From positions 149,181-213,180 of the forward strand of contig JAPPHT010000008.1 in NCBI GenBank assembly GCA_028874795.1: 64,000 bases of DNA, given 5' to 3'. The notes below the pieces were generated by a model, which made no database searches, was not told where the DNA came from, and saw only the letters and a list, made by a program, of their open reading frames with translations. Source of the stretch: Chloroflexota bacterium. Lineage in GTDB: Bacteria > Chloroflexota > Dehalococcoidia > Lucifugimonadales > Australimonadaceae. Both the position numbers and the translations under genes were made by a program. Numbering within the stretch: position 1 is the first letter of the stretch; each line of letters starts with the position of its first letter. This document shows, piece by piece, positions 1 to 9,012 of this stretch.

Positions 1-217
1 CCGGGATGTCTATGTATTCCACCTCAGCGTGGACGATACGCTTCGGCCTGGATATCTCGGCGAGCACGTCGAGGCGGGCGTCCGGCACCTTGGCGACGCC
101 GATGTTGGGCTGCGACGACCCGCTGCGGAAGGACGCGGTCTCGGCATGGCCGCGCGTCACGGCGTTGAAGATGGTGGTCTTGCCGGAGAGCGGCAGGCCG
201 AATATGCCGATGGCCAA
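1..217 (-). CDS. ychF: Ribosome-binding ATPase YchF (Obg-like GTPase), N-terminal fragment; gene runs off the left edge
   Basis: Reverse-strand translation from TTG at 217: (M)AIGIFGLPLSGKTTIFNAVTRGHAETASFRSGSSQPNIGVAKVPDARLDVLAEISRPKRIVHAEVEYIDIP. It has a P-loop GxPxxGKT and the YchF-type PDxRLdxLaei segment. Absent from the ORF track because it is truncated by the window edge. Confidence 0.7.
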   Translation of the reverse strand, partial: MAIGIFGLPLSGKTTIFNAVTRGHAETASFRSGSSQPNIGVAKVPDARLDVLAEISRPKRIVHAEVEYIDIP

Positions 218-288
218 GGAGCAGACCTCTCGAGGGGAAAACTGACGCGGCGCCGGCCGGGCGGTGCGCCAGGCGATTCTACTCCACG

Positions 289-2037
289 CTACCCGCCGAG
301 CGCCTGCGCGACGAGGACAACGACGGCGAACGTGAGCAGGACGGCCGCGAGCGCGAAACCCACCGGCGGCCGTCCCAGGTATGCAAGAGCGGCATCCGGG
401 CCGTTGCGTCGGGCGTAGGTGGTCAGCCGCAGCACGCCCGACCAACCGGTCGCGGGAGCATTCGCGAGAACGCCCAGCCGTCGCGCTATCCCACCGGCGA
501 GGACGTCGAAGCACGTAAATGTGGCCTCCAACGGCGTCTGCACGAACATGCTCACGAGCCGACCAGCCTTGCGGTAGAACCAGTCCGTATCGATCGTGAT
601 CGTCGCCTCACCGCCGAGGATGCCGCGCAGCAGCCAGAAGCCGACCGCGGTGAAGCCGAGCATCTGCAGCGTCCTCACGACGTGGTCGGCGGTGTACGGC
701 TCGTAGGTGTTCGGGTACGGCAGCAGGTCGTACAGGGCGGCCGGGTAGACGCCTATGCCGATGCAGAGGAAAGCGGCGAAGAACATCGCCACGATCATGC
801 TGCGGGGGACCCGCCCCACCTGGATGTCGTCCCGTCTCGGCCCGAACCAGGTGAAGTACGGGAGCTTCAGGCCGGTGTGCAGGAACGTCCCCACCGATGC
901 GAGGTACAAGAGGGCCACGGCCCAGTAGATGTGCTCCTTCTCCGCGCCGTAGATCACGAGTGACTTGGACACGAACCCGCTGAACAGCGGGAACGCAGAG
1001 ATGGCGAACGCGCCGACCATGTAGAGCACGACGACCGTCGGCATGCGATGGGCTATCCCGCCGAGAGCCGTGAGCGTGCGACGACCGGTGACATAGATCG
1101 CGGCGCCGGCGCCCATGAACAGCAGCCCCTTGTAGAGGACGTGGGCAAAGGCATGAGCAGCCGCTCCGTTGATGGCGATCTCGGTGCCGATGCCCACGCC
1201 GGCCACCATGTAGCCGACCTGGCTGATGATATGGTACGCCAGCAGGCGGCGGATGTCGTTCTCCAGCACGGCGAAGATGACGCCGTACAGGGCCATGATG
1301 ACGCCGAGGAAGATGAGGACCTCCCACCCGGCGAACCCCCGCGCAAGGACATAGACCGCCGTCTTGGTGGTGAACGCGCTCAGGAATACGCTCCCCGCGA
1401 CCCCGGCCTCCGGGTAGGCGTCCGACAACCACGCGTGCAGCGGGACGACGGCGGCGTTGATGGCGAACCCACCGAGGACAAGCCAGCCGGCGATCGTGCC
1501 ATCGAACGCCGAGAACTCAAGCGATCCGCCCGTACCCAGATGCCAGAGGACCCCCGCCAGTAGCGTGCTGCCGCCGACCATGTGCACGAAGAGGTAGCGC
1601 GTACCGGCGCCGCGCGAGCCGGGGAATCCTCCCGCCCAGACGAGGTAGGCGGACGTGAGCGCCATCAGTTCCCAGAAGACCACGAGGGTCAGCAGGTCTC
1701 CAGCGAAGACCACCCCGATGGACGTGCCCGCGTAGCCGACGGCAGCAGCCTGCTGGAAGCGGTCGTTCAGGTGCCACGCGTAGATGCCGCCGATCGCCGC
1801 GGCGATCGCGAATACGTACCCGAACACGATACTCAGCGCGTCGGCGCGCAATGGCTCGAGCTTCATCGTGAGCCAGGTGAGCGACCACGAGTCGCCCGCC
1901 TCGAAGCCCCATATCAACTGGACCACGACGAGCAACGGGGCGATGACCGCAATGAGCTTGCGGACGATGCTGAACGGCATGAGCGCGACGAGCACAGCCG
2001 CGCCGATCATGATGACGACAGGAGGGAAGCTAGCCAT
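289..2037 (-). CDS. mrpD: Mrp/Mnh antiporter-like subunit, MrpD/NuoL-M-N family (third copy, 582 aa)
   Basis: 582-aa polytopic ORF with proton-conducting membrane transporter features (…WELMALTSAYLV…, HAWLSDAYPEA, AAHAFAHVLYKGLLFMGAGA). Its start overlaps the stop of the upstream small gene (2030/2037). Confidence 0.8.
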   Translation of the reverse strand: MASFPPVVIMIGAAVLVALMPFSIVRKLIAVIAPLLVVVQLIWGFEAGDSWSLTWLTMKLEPLRADALSIVFGYVFAIAAAIGGIYAWHLNDRFQQAAAVGYAGTSIGVVFAGDLLTLVVFWELMALTSAYLVWAGGFPGSRGAGTRYLFVHMVGGSTLLAGVLWHLGTGGSLEFSAFDGTIAGWLVLGGFAINAAVVPLHAWLSDAYPEAGVAGSVFLSAFTTKTAVYVLARGFAGWEVLIFLGVIMALYGVIFAVLENDIRRLLAYHIISQVGYMVAGVGIGTEIAINGAAAHAFAHVLYKGLLFMGAGAAIYVTGRRTLTALGGIAHRMPTVVVLYMVGAFAISAFPLFSGFVSKSLVIYGAEKEHIYWAVALLYLASVGTFLHTGLKLPYFTWFGPRRDDIQVGRVPRSMIVAMFFAAFLCIGIGVYPAALYDLLPYPNTYEPYTADHVVRTLQMLGFTAVGFWLLRGILGGEATITIDTDWFYRKAGRLVSMFVQTPLEATFTCFDVLAGGIARRLGVLANAPATGWSGVLRLTTYARRNGPDAALAYLGRPPVGFALAAVLLTFAVVVLVAQALGG

Positions 2038-2326
2038 CGCTTGCCTCCTCAGGCTCGGCCTCCACGTGCTCGCCCGTGTATGGGTCGTCGTGCTTCATCA
2101 GGAAGGCGTGGCCGACCCACTTGGAGATGACGACGATGCCGACGCAGCCGACGAAACCGAAGCCGACCCAGAACAGGAGCAGGCCGCTGCCCGCAAAGAG
2201 GTACTCCCTGTCAAAGAAGAGGTTCTCCTTGTAATCAAAGAAGTACAGGTCCGCGAGGGCCGACAGCGCTACGCCGATGACGATCACGAGCGCAGTCGCA
2301 AGGCGGGGGCCGATCCTCATCCTCAT
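2030..2326 (-). CDS. Small two-TM membrane protein embedded in the Mrp operon (98 aa), possibly MbhI-like
   Basis: C-terminal part of the frame listed as 2030..3892: MRMRIGPRLATALVIVIGVALSALADLYFFDYKEN…LLLFWVGFGFVGCVGIVVISKW…, ending in an acidic tail. ATGA overlap with the upstream gene stop (2323-2326). 8-nt overlap with the downstream start. Confidence 0.6.
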   Translation of the reverse strand: MRMRIGPRLATALVIVIGVALSALADLYFFDYKENLFFDREYLFAGSGLLLFWVGFGFVGCVGIVVISKWVGHAFLMKHDDPYTGEHVEAEPEEASDG

Positions 2327-3855
2327 GGCGTCACTCCGGCGAGGGCGACAGACGGCGGGAAAGCGGCGTCGGCAACGGTAGACGCCAGCTCGAAGAAGCC
2401 GAGCGGGAGGTCCGGCGCGATGCCCCACACGAGCGCAAGCACAGCCGTCAGTGCGATGGGCGCAACCATGCGGATGTCGGCCTCGCCGTACCGCGTGTGG
2501 TCGGGCGAGGAGCGCAGGAACGCCCGGATGACGATGGGGAAGAGGTAGCCCGCTGCAAGCAACCCGCTGACGAGGTAGACGATGAGGAACGCCTGCTGGC
2601 CGACCTCCACCGCACCCCAGCCGAGATACCACTTGCTCGTGAACAGGATGAACGGCGGGATGCCCACCATGCTGAGCGATGCCAGGGCGAAAGAGCCCAT
2701 CGTGACAGGCATCTGCCGACCGATGCCGTCCAGCTCGCTCACGTTCTCCTTGTGTGTCCGGACGTGGATCGCGCCAGCCACGAAGAAGAGCGTGATCTTG
2801 GTGACCCCGTGCCCCACGATGTGGAGCAAGGCTCCGGTGAGCGCGAGCGGGCCGATGAGCGCCACACCGAGCACGATGTAGGAGAGGTGGCTGATGGTGG
2901 AGTACGCCAGCCTGCGCTTGAGGTTGTCGTGCCGCAGCGCAAGTATGGACGCGATGATCAACGTCGCCGCGGACATGATGGCGAGTACGAGCCATGCACC
3001 CATGTCGTCCAGCAGCGCCGCACCGAACACGAACACCCCCACGCGCACCATGCCGAAGACGCCCGCCTTGACGACGGCCACGGCATGCAGCAACGCGGAC
3101 ACCGGTGTCGGCGCGACCATGGCGCTCGGCAGCCAGCTGTGCAGCGGCATCACCGCGGCCTTCACGCCCACGCCTCCGGCCAGCAACGCGAACAGCGCCC
3201 ACTGTGTGACGGAGTCCAGGTTTACGCCCTCCAGGAACCCCCCGGCCCGGAACGTCGTGTCCACTCCGAGCACGTGCAGCCAGGCCGCCGCCCCGATGAG
3301 CATGATGCCGCCTGAGAGTGTGTACGCCAGGTACTTGCGCCCGGCAACCAGCGCCGTCTCCGTCTCCCGGTGGGTGACCAGCGGATACGTAAACAGTGAG
3401 AGCAGTTCGTAGAAGAGGATGAATGTGAGCAGGTTCTCCGCGAGCGCCACTCCCGCCGCCGCCGCGATGCTGAGCGCGAACGCGACGAAGAACCTGGTCT
3501 GCTTCCGCTCGTGCTCGCCGCGCATGTAGCCGACGGCGTAGACGCCCGCCAGCACCCAGAGGACAGAGACGAGCAGGCCGAAGATCATGCCCGCCGGGTC
3601 GGCCCGCAGGGCGATGTTGATGCCGGGTGAGTTGATACCCAGGGAGAGTTCCAGGAGCACGGTCCTGTGGATGTGCCCATCCAGCGTCTCCACGAGCAGG
3701 ATGACGGTGATGGCGACCATCGCGATCCCCGCGACCGTCGCCCACACGTCGCGCAGGTTGGGCCAGCGGCCCGTCGTGAGCGCAGCGAGCAAGGCCGCCA
3801 CCGTGGGAACGAGCACGGCGAGGAGAGGAAGCCCGGATACGACGGTACCGCTCAC
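2323..3855 (-). CDS. mrpD: Mrp/Mnh antiporter-like subunit, MrpD/NuoN family (second copy, about 510 aa)
   Basis: ORF 2323..3948 trimmed to the GTG at 3855, which overlaps the upstream TGA (GTGA). Motifs FILFYELLSLFTYPLV, PLHSWLPSAMVAPTPVSALLHAVAVVKAGVFG, AYSTISHLSYIVLG. Confidence 0.8.
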   Translation of the reverse strand: MSGTVVSGLPLLAVLVPTVAALLAALTTGRWPNLRDVWATVAGIAMVAITVILLVETLDGHIHRTVLLELSLGINSPGINIALRADPAGMIFGLLVSVLWVLAGVYAVGYMRGEHERKQTRFFVAFALSIAAAAGVALAENLLTFILFYELLSLFTYPLVTHRETETALVAGRKYLAYTLSGGIMLIGAAAWLHVLGVDTTFRAGGFLEGVNLDSVTQWALFALLAGGVGVKAAVMPLHSWLPSAMVAPTPVSALLHAVAVVKAGVFGMVRVGVFVFGAALLDDMGAWLVLAIMSAATLIIASILALRHDNLKRRLAYSTISHLSYIVLGVALIGPLALTGALLHIVGHGVTKITLFFVAGAIHVRTHKENVSELDGIGRQMPVTMGSFALASLSMVGIPPFILFTSKWYLGWGAVEVGQQAFLIVYLVSGLLAAGYLFPIVIRAFLRSSPDHTRYGEADIRMVAPIALTAVLALVWGIAPDLPLGFFELASTVADAAFPPSVALAGVTP

Positions 3856-5396
3856 GACACCCCCGGCAGCAGAACGTGGTCCATGATGACAACGTTGATC
3901 ACGCCCAGGACGACGGTTGCGGCAGCGAGCACGACGAGCGGCAGCCACACGTCGAACGGGGCCTCACGCGCCCGTTCGACCACGGGGCGCATCGCCAGCT
4001 CAGGACGCGGCGCGGCGTCAGCCGACGCGTCGCGTTCGTCGTCGCCGTGGGCGGATGGCTCGGGCTTGGCGGGCCGCAGGTAGACCTGCTCCAGCACCTT
4101 GAAGAGGTAGACGGCCGTGAGCAGGCTGCTGAAGAGCACAACCGCGACCACCACCCACTGGCCCTCGTCGACGCCCGCCTGCGCCATATACCACTTGCTG
4201 AAGAACCCCGCGGTGGGCGGGATGCCGATCATCGCCACGGAACCGATGGCGAATGCGCCCATCGTCAGTGGCATGCGCGGCCCCAGGCCGGCGAGGTTGT
4301 GCGTTCGCTGCAACCCGACGCGCAGGCGCACGGAGGCCGCAGCCAGGAAGAGCGTGGCCTTCATCGCGGCGTGGTTCGCGACGTGCAGCAGCGCCGCAGC
4401 GAGTGCGAGCGGCGAGCCCAGGCCGATGCCCACCGCGATGAACGCGAGCTGGCTGATGCTGCTGTATGCGAGCATCCGGCGGATGTCGCTCTGCCCCGCT
4501 GCGGCAACGGAACCGAACACGATGCCGATGAGGCCGAGTATGAGCAGCGCATCCGCGATTGGCACCGTGCCGGAGAGGAACCCGGCGGGGAAGACGCTCA
4601 GGAACATGCGGAGCATCGCGTAGGCGGCAACCTTCGTCATCACCGGCGCGATGAGCGAGTTCACCGAGGAGGGAGCATGCTCGTAGGCGTCCGGCAGCCA
4701 CAGGTGCATGGGAACGAGGGCCATCTTGAGGCCCAGCCCGGCGAAGATGAAGACCGCGCCGACCTGTGCCGCACGCGTGCTCGGGGTCCCCTCCAGAAGC
4801 TCGCGCGCCTCGATCATGTTCAGTGTGCCCGTCGCGAAGTAGATGAAGCCGACGCCCAGCAGGTAGAGCGCTCCGCCGATGGAGCCGATGATGAGGTAGC
4901 GGAAGCCCGCAAGCATCGCCTTGCGCCCGCCGATGAAGACGAGTGCGTAGGCAGCGAGCGACGCTATCTCCAGGAAGACGAACAGGTTGAAGAGGTCGCC
5001 GGTGACGACGATGCCGGTGAGCCCGGCGAGCAGCAGCAGCACGAGGCCGTAGAAGACGCCCGGACGGTCGCCAGCCTCCCGCTCGGCCCAGCGCCGCGTC
5101 GAGACCAGGACGAGGAACGACACGCTCGTTATGACAACGCAAACGAACGCCGATACCTCATCGATTACGTATTCGATGCCGACGGGCGGCGCCCATCCGC
5201 CGAGGTGGTAGCTGAACGGTTCCTTGCGAAGCACGAGCTCGAGCGAGAGCGCCGACGCGACCGCGGCGACCGCCACGGTCGCCAGGGCGAGCAGGAACGC
5301 GCTGTGACGCCAGATACGCCCCAGGACGGGAACGATGACCGAGAAGAGGAGGGGCGCCCCGACGATGAACACGGGTAGCTGGGGTTGGGGGTCCAC
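3852..5396 (-). CDS. mrpD: Mrp/Mnh antiporter-like subunit, MrpD/NuoN family (first copy, 514 aa)
   Basis: Motifs FVFLEIASLAAYALV, PMHLWLPDAYEHAPSSVNSLIAPVMTKVAAYAMLR, AYSSISQLAFIAVG. Starts 3 nt after the mrpC stop. Confidence 0.85.
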   Translation of the reverse strand: MDPQPQLPVFIVGAPLLFSVIVPVLGRIWRHSAFLLALATVAVAAVASALSLELVLRKEPFSYHLGGWAPPVGIEYVIDEVSAFVCVVITSVSFLVLVSTRRWAEREAGDRPGVFYGLVLLLLAGLTGIVVTGDLFNLFVFLEIASLAAYALVFIGGRKAMLAGFRYLIIGSIGGALYLLGVGFIYFATGTLNMIEARELLEGTPSTRAAQVGAVFIFAGLGLKMALVPMHLWLPDAYEHAPSSVNSLIAPVMTKVAAYAMLRMFLSVFPAGFLSGTVPIADALLILGLIGIVFGSVAAAGQSDIRRMLAYSSISQLAFIAVGIGLGSPLALAAALLHVANHAAMKATLFLAAASVRLRVGLQRTHNLAGLGPRMPLTMGAFAIGSVAMIGIPPTAGFFSKWYMAQAGVDEGQWVVVAVVLFSSLLTAVYLFKVLEQVYLRPAKPEPSAHGDDERDASADAAPRPELAMRPVVERAREAPFDVWLPLVVLAAATVVLGVINVVIMDHVLLPGVS

Positions 5397-5398
5397 GG

Positions 5399-5776
5399 CT
5401 ACTCCCTCACGTCGTCCAGCAATTCGCGTTCGTCGAGCGTTCCGAACTCACGATAGATGGAGACGAGGAAGCTGAGCGCGACGCCGATGATGGCGACGCC
5501 AACGACGATGGCCGTGAGCATGAGCACGTGCGGCAACGGGTTCACGAAGTCGTCAGGGTTGGCGTGTCCTTCTCCATGCACGCTGTAGAGGATGGGGATC
5601 GTCGCTCCCTCCAGCAGCGAACCGCTGATGAAGAAGAGGATGATGGCGGACTGGAAGATGCTCAGGCCGATGACCTGCTTCACGAGGCTGCGCTTGCCCA
5701 TCATGCCGTACAGCCCGACGACAAGGAGCACCGCGATCGCCCAGTACGGGAAGCGTGCTGAGATCTCTTCGATCAT
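5399..5776 (-). CDS. mrpC: Mrp/Mnh subunit C (NuoK-like)
   Basis: 125-aa, 3-TM protein: YWAIAVLLVVGLYGMMGKRSLVKQVIGLSIFQSAIILFFI. 4-nt overlap with the upstream gene. Confidence 0.8.
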   Translation of the reverse strand: MIEEISARFPYWAIAVLLVVGLYGMMGKRSLVKQVIGLSIFQSAIILFFISGSLLEGATIPILYSVHGEGHANPDDFVNPLPHVLMLTAIVVGVAIIGVALSFLVSIYREFGTLDERELLDDVRE

Positions 5777-6228
5777 TGGCGCGAGCTGCCCGCCACGAGG
5801 TCGTAGATGAGGACAAGCACGGCTGCGACGCCGAAGAACACCCCGATCTCGATGATCAGGATGCCCATCGAACGCGCGGTGCGGGCCTCGCCGGCGAACT
5901 GGTTGTACCAGTCCACGGGGATCGGAGCGTAGTCCAGGAAGTTATAGCCCAGGATGAGCGGCAGGATGCCCCCGAACATGTAGATGCCAAGGCCGATGCA
6001 CGCCAGCCAGATCAGGAGTCCCTGCGGTATACGCAGTGCTGCCTGCCGGTTGCCCAACGCCAGGCGCACCAGCAGCAGCGCCGCCGCGACGATGGCTCCG
6101 GCCTGGAACCCGCCGCCGGGGCTGAGCTCGCCGTGCAGCAGTACGTAGACGCCGAATACAAGGATGAGCGGCACCAGGAAGACGCGCGCGATGAAGTGCA
6201 GTATCACGCTGTCATATCGGTCATTCAT
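5773..6228 (-). CDS. mrpB: Mrp/Mnh subunit B (MnhB domain)
   Basis: ORF 5773..6318 trimmed to the ATG at 6228: MNDRYDSVILHFIARVFLVPLILVFGVYVLLHGELSPGGGFQAGAIVAAALLL, the typical MnhB core. 8-nt overlap with the upstream gene. Confidence 0.75.
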   Translation of the reverse strand: MNDRYDSVILHFIARVFLVPLILVFGVYVLLHGELSPGGGFQAGAIVAAALLLVRLALGNRQAALRIPQGLLIWLACIGLGIYMFGGILPLILGYNFLDYAPIPVDWYNQFAGEARTARSMGILIIEIGVFFGVAAVLVLIYDLVAGSSRQ

Positions 6229-6520
6229 CCGGGTTCTCCTCCTCCCGGACGCGGCGGCTGCGCTGGAGCACGAGCACCACGGCCAGCCCGGCGGTGAAGA
6301 TGACGAACGTCTCCCCAAGCGTGTCGTAGCTCCGGAAGTCTGCCAGGATGGCCGAGACGAGGTTCGGGATCACTACATCCGACTCCGTCAACCGGGTCAA
6401 ATCCGGCGAGAGGTGCTGGTTCGCGGGCGCCTCGGGGTCCGCGCGGTCGGGCAGGTCAGCCGACGCCCAGATGAGCAGCGCGATCAGCACCGCAAGGAAC
6501 TCGAACATGAGAACCTTCAA
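6221..6520 (-). CDS. MnhB-related small subunit (MbhE-like)
   Basis: 99-aa ORF with …VSAILADFRSYDTLGETFVIFTAGLAVVLVL…, matching the N-terminal MnhB-type segment (RgxDTlgE). Overlaps both neighbours by 4-8 nt. Confidence 0.65.
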   Translation of the reverse strand: MKVLMFEFLAVLIALLIWASADLPDRADPEAPANQHLSPDLTRLTESDVVIPNLVSAILADFRSYDTLGETFVIFTAGLAVVLVLQRSRRVREEENPDE

Positions 6521-6762
6521 TCCGGGGTCCTCCTTTCGACGACGCTGATGGCCCCGATCAGGAAAACGCCCGTTACGCCCGCGCCCAGCGCAGCTTCGGT
6601 CAGGGCGACGTCAACCGCGCCCATCAGAGCGAGCAGGACCGCAGCCAGGAAGCTGTACACGGAGAGCGTCGCCACCGCCGCGATCATGTCACGTACAGAA
6701 AGGGCGATGAGCGCGGCCACCACCAGCAGACCGAACAGCGACAGTTCCAGCCACCAGATCAT
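6517..6762 (-). CDS. DUF4040-type subunit (MrpA C-terminal-like / MbhD-like)
   Basis: 81-aa, 3-TM ORF: LSVRDMIAAVATLSVYSFLAAVLLALMGAVDVALTEAALGAGVTG. This is the position and pattern of DUF4040 in split Mrp/Mbh clusters. Confidence 0.6.
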   Translation of the reverse strand: MIWWLELSLFGLLVVAALIALSVRDMIAAVATLSVYSFLAAVLLALMGAVDVALTEAALGAGVTGVFLIGAISVVERRTPD

Positions 6763-7061
6763 CCGCGTTCCTCCTTCCGCCAGGGCATCTGTCCCGTGCG
6801 CAAGGCGGCGCGGGTCAGCAGGTGGGCGCCGACCGGATTCGCGATCGCGACGAACACCAGGATGAGCGCGAACTTCAAGCTCAGCAGCGTGGCGCCCTCA
6901 TGCAATATGAGCCCCAGCAACAGAAGGGCGATGCCAAGCGTCTCCGACTTCGAAACGGCGTGGACCCGGGAGAAGAAGTCCGGCAGGCGGACCAGCCCCA
7001 GGGCGGTGATGACCATGAACACGAGGCCCAGGCCTATGAAGACGTCGCCTGCGACGTTCAT
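6759..7061 (-). CDS. mrpG: Mrp/Mnh subunit G
   Basis: ORF 6759..7100 trimmed to the ATG at 7061 (ATGA overlap with the mrpF stop): MNVAGDVFIGLGLVFMVITALGLVRLPDFFSRVHAVSKSETLG, the MnhG signature. Confidence 0.8.
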   Translation of the reverse strand: MNVAGDVFIGLGLVFMVITALGLVRLPDFFSRVHAVSKSETLGIALLLLGLILHEGATLLSLKFALILVFVAIANPVGAHLLTRAALRTGQMPWRKEERG

Positions 7062-7366
7062 GCGTCTTCCTCCTCCTCCAGCCCTCGCATCAGCGACCAC
7101 AACTGGTGTTGGCGCGTCTCCAGGTACTTGCCGACGGCAACCGTCCCGATGAAGTTCAGCAGGGCGTAGCTCAGCGCAAGGTCGACGAACGCATCCGGCC
7201 GCTCGAACACGAACCCGATCAGCACGAGCAGGACCACGGCGTTCGTGCCGATGGCGGTGGCCGCCAACAGACGGTCGAACGGCGTCCGGCCCACGAGGAG
7301 CCGGTAGAACAGCCCCGCGTTGACAGCCACCGCGATGGCGAGCACAACGACGTGCGGCACGATCAC
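7058..7366 (-). CDS. mrpF: Mrp/Mnh subunit F
   Basis: 102-aa ORF: FYRLLVGRTPFDRLLAATAIGTNAVVLLVL…LALSYALLNFIGTVAVGKYL, the MnhF pattern. Confidence 0.8.
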   Translation of the reverse strand: MIVPHVVVLAIAVAVNAGLFYRLLVGRTPFDRLLAATAIGTNAVVLLVLIGFVFERPDAFVDLALSYALLNFIGTVAVGKYLETRQHQLWSLMRGLEEEEDA

Positions 7367-7974
7367 GGCAACACCTGCTCGACCCTCACCACGTCCGTCA
7401 ACCGCACGCGGTCAGGCGCAGACTCGCCGAAGATCCCGGCCACCTTGCGCTGGATGCTTCCCTCCTCCATGCCCTGCCTGCTCTTGTTGGAGAGGCAGTG
7501 CACTATGAACCTACCGTCCGTGACGTCCACCGTCACCGTGCCCGGCGTGAGCGTGATGGACTGGGCAAGCAGCACTTGCGCCGTCTCGGACTGCAGGGAC
7601 GTGTCAAATCCCACGAGGTTCGGCTCCACCGGCAGTCTGGGGTGCAGCACGAGATAGGCCACGTGCAGGTTGGACACCAATATCTCCCAGAGCAGCCACG
7701 GGATGTAGAGCAGGGAGCGGAAGAAGCCGCGGACGAACCACAGGAACGGATACGGAACGTGCATGAAGCGGGGGTCCTGGTCACCCGCGAACAGCCAGTG
7801 CGTGAGCGCCGTGCCGAGTACCGCGACGACCGCACCGACGACGAGAAACTCGATCTCGGTGTGGCCGGAGAACGCGAACCAGACCGCGAAGAGCGCCAGC
7901 GTCTGCACGGTCCACCTGAGCGTCTGGCGTATCTTGGTGGGCCGGACGTCCACCTGACGGGGTTCTCTGTTCAT
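7363..7974 (-). CDS. mrpE: Mrp/Mnh subunit E
   Basis: 203-aa first gene of the operon, with N-terminal TMs and LHVAYLVLHPRLPVEPNLVGFDTSLQSETAQVLLAQSITLTPGTVTVDV, the MnhE core. Confidence 0.75.
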   Translation of the reverse strand: MNREPRQVDVRPTKIRQTLRWTVQTLALFAVWFAFSGHTEIEFLVVGAVVAVLGTALTHWLFAGDQDPRFMHVPYPFLWFVRGFFRSLLYIPWLLWEILVSNLHVAYLVLHPRLPVEPNLVGFDTSLQSETAQVLLAQSITLTPGTVTVDVTDGRFIVHCLSNKSRQGMEEGSIQRKVAGIFGESAPDRVRLTDVVRVEQVLP

Positions 7975-8023
7975 TCGACCACGGTCTGCACGCGCCGGTC
8001 ACGGTTCCGATGTCCGTGAACGC

Positions 8024-8032
8024 AGTCTAGCA
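8024..8032 (-). promoter_or_regulatory. Extended -10 promoter element TGCTAGACT upstream of the mrp operon
   Basis: Reverse complement of 8024-8032 reads TGCTAGACT, 49 nt upstream of the mrpE ATG. Member of the recurrent TG(C/G)TAnnnT family seen in this window. Confidence 0.4.
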
Positions 8033-8141
8033 GGCTACGAATGGCGCAGGATGACTGTCAAGGCGACACGGCTGCCTGAATCACGACGGCAGCCGCCAGT
8101 GCCGGACGATGCTCTCCCGCAGGCGTGCCGGTCGAACGAGG

Positions 8142-8170
8142 AGGACACCCGTTCGCCCCGAACCTATAAT
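8142..8170 (+). promoter_or_regulatory. Sigma70-like promoter (AGGACA, 17-nt spacer, TATAAT) for the 8190 gene
   Basis: TATAAT at 8165-8170. A GGACA-containing -35 at 8142-8147 with a 17-nt spacer. AGGAGG at 8175-8180 precedes the GTG at 8190. Confidence 0.4.
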
Positions 8171-8189
8171 CAACCAGGAGGACGACGCA

Positions 8190-8996
8190 GTGGCACTCAC
8201 CTTCGAGATCGGCGACGAGTCCCGCCCCAGGGGACACGCGGTGCTCTACTTCGGCAACCCGCGAACGGGACTGCTGGCCACATACGTCGTTCTGTTGCCG
8301 GTGAAGATGGACATGAGTAAGTACCTCCCGCCGATGCTCGCAGCGCAACTGGGAGGGCTCGCCAGCGAGGTGCTGGGAGAGGGAGGAGGCAGTTTCGCCG
8401 CGCCGCCCATACCCGAGGCTGTTGAATCGGTGGAGCCGCTGCGCCGGCTGGCCGAACTCCGGGGCGACGACTTCATCTGGGGCGGAGACATGGTGCTGGG
8501 CGACCTGCAGGCCGCGATGCACCAGGCCGCGCAGGCTGTGCACGACTACGAGGCCCTCTACCAGCAGTACATGGACGCCAACCCCTCCCCGACACCGACC
8601 GGCCCCGAACGTTCCCTGGCCGACAGCGCCTCGGACCCGGACAGCAGCGTCCAGCAAGTGGTCTATGCACTGATGAGCGACCGCGACAGGCTCGCCGAAC
8701 TGTCGAAGCTCGTTGGGACCATGCGGTTCGCCCTCGAATCGCAGGACGATTCCCTCGTCGAGGAGACGAACGCCTCGCTGCTGGCGTTGGGGCAGGCCCT
8801 GCCCGAGCGTTTCTGGGCGCAGCGCGTGCGACAGGCGGCGCGGGACTCCTCCGGCGCGGGAGCCCGGCTTGCTCAGCTGTACGTGGAGCGCTGCTACAAG
8901 CTGCTGGAGGAGGACTTCACCGCCGTGCAGGCGCTGGAGGAGCAGATATCCTCCCTCGCGGACGAAGCCCCTCCCCAGGGCGACATCCGCGGGTAG
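8190..8996 (+). CDS. Conserved hypothetical protein (268 aa)
   Basis: ORF 8109..8996 trimmed to the GTG at 8190, 9 nt after AGGAGG. GC3-rich codon usage. No family recognised. Confidence 0.55.
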   Translation: MALTFEIGDESRPRGHAVLYFGNPRTGLLATYVVLLPVKMDMSKYLPPMLAAQLGGLASEVLGEGGGSFAAPPIPEAVESVEPLRRLAELRGDDFIWGGDMVLGDLQAAMHQAAQAVHDYEALYQQYMDANPSPTPTGPERSLADSASDPDSSVQQVVYALMSDRDRLAELSKLVGTMRFALESQDDSLVEETNASLLALGQALPERFWAQRVRQAARDSSGAGARLAQLYVERCYKLLEEDFTAVQALEEQISSLADEAPPQGDIRG

Positions 8997-9012
8997 AGCG
9001 ACGTCCGGTCCG

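Noticed and set aside
6-418. Plus-strand ORFs 6-245 and 29-418 at the left edge.
   Set aside because: They are shadows of the minus-strand ychF fragment, which has clear P-loop and YchF motifs, and of the intergenic region. No homology features are present.
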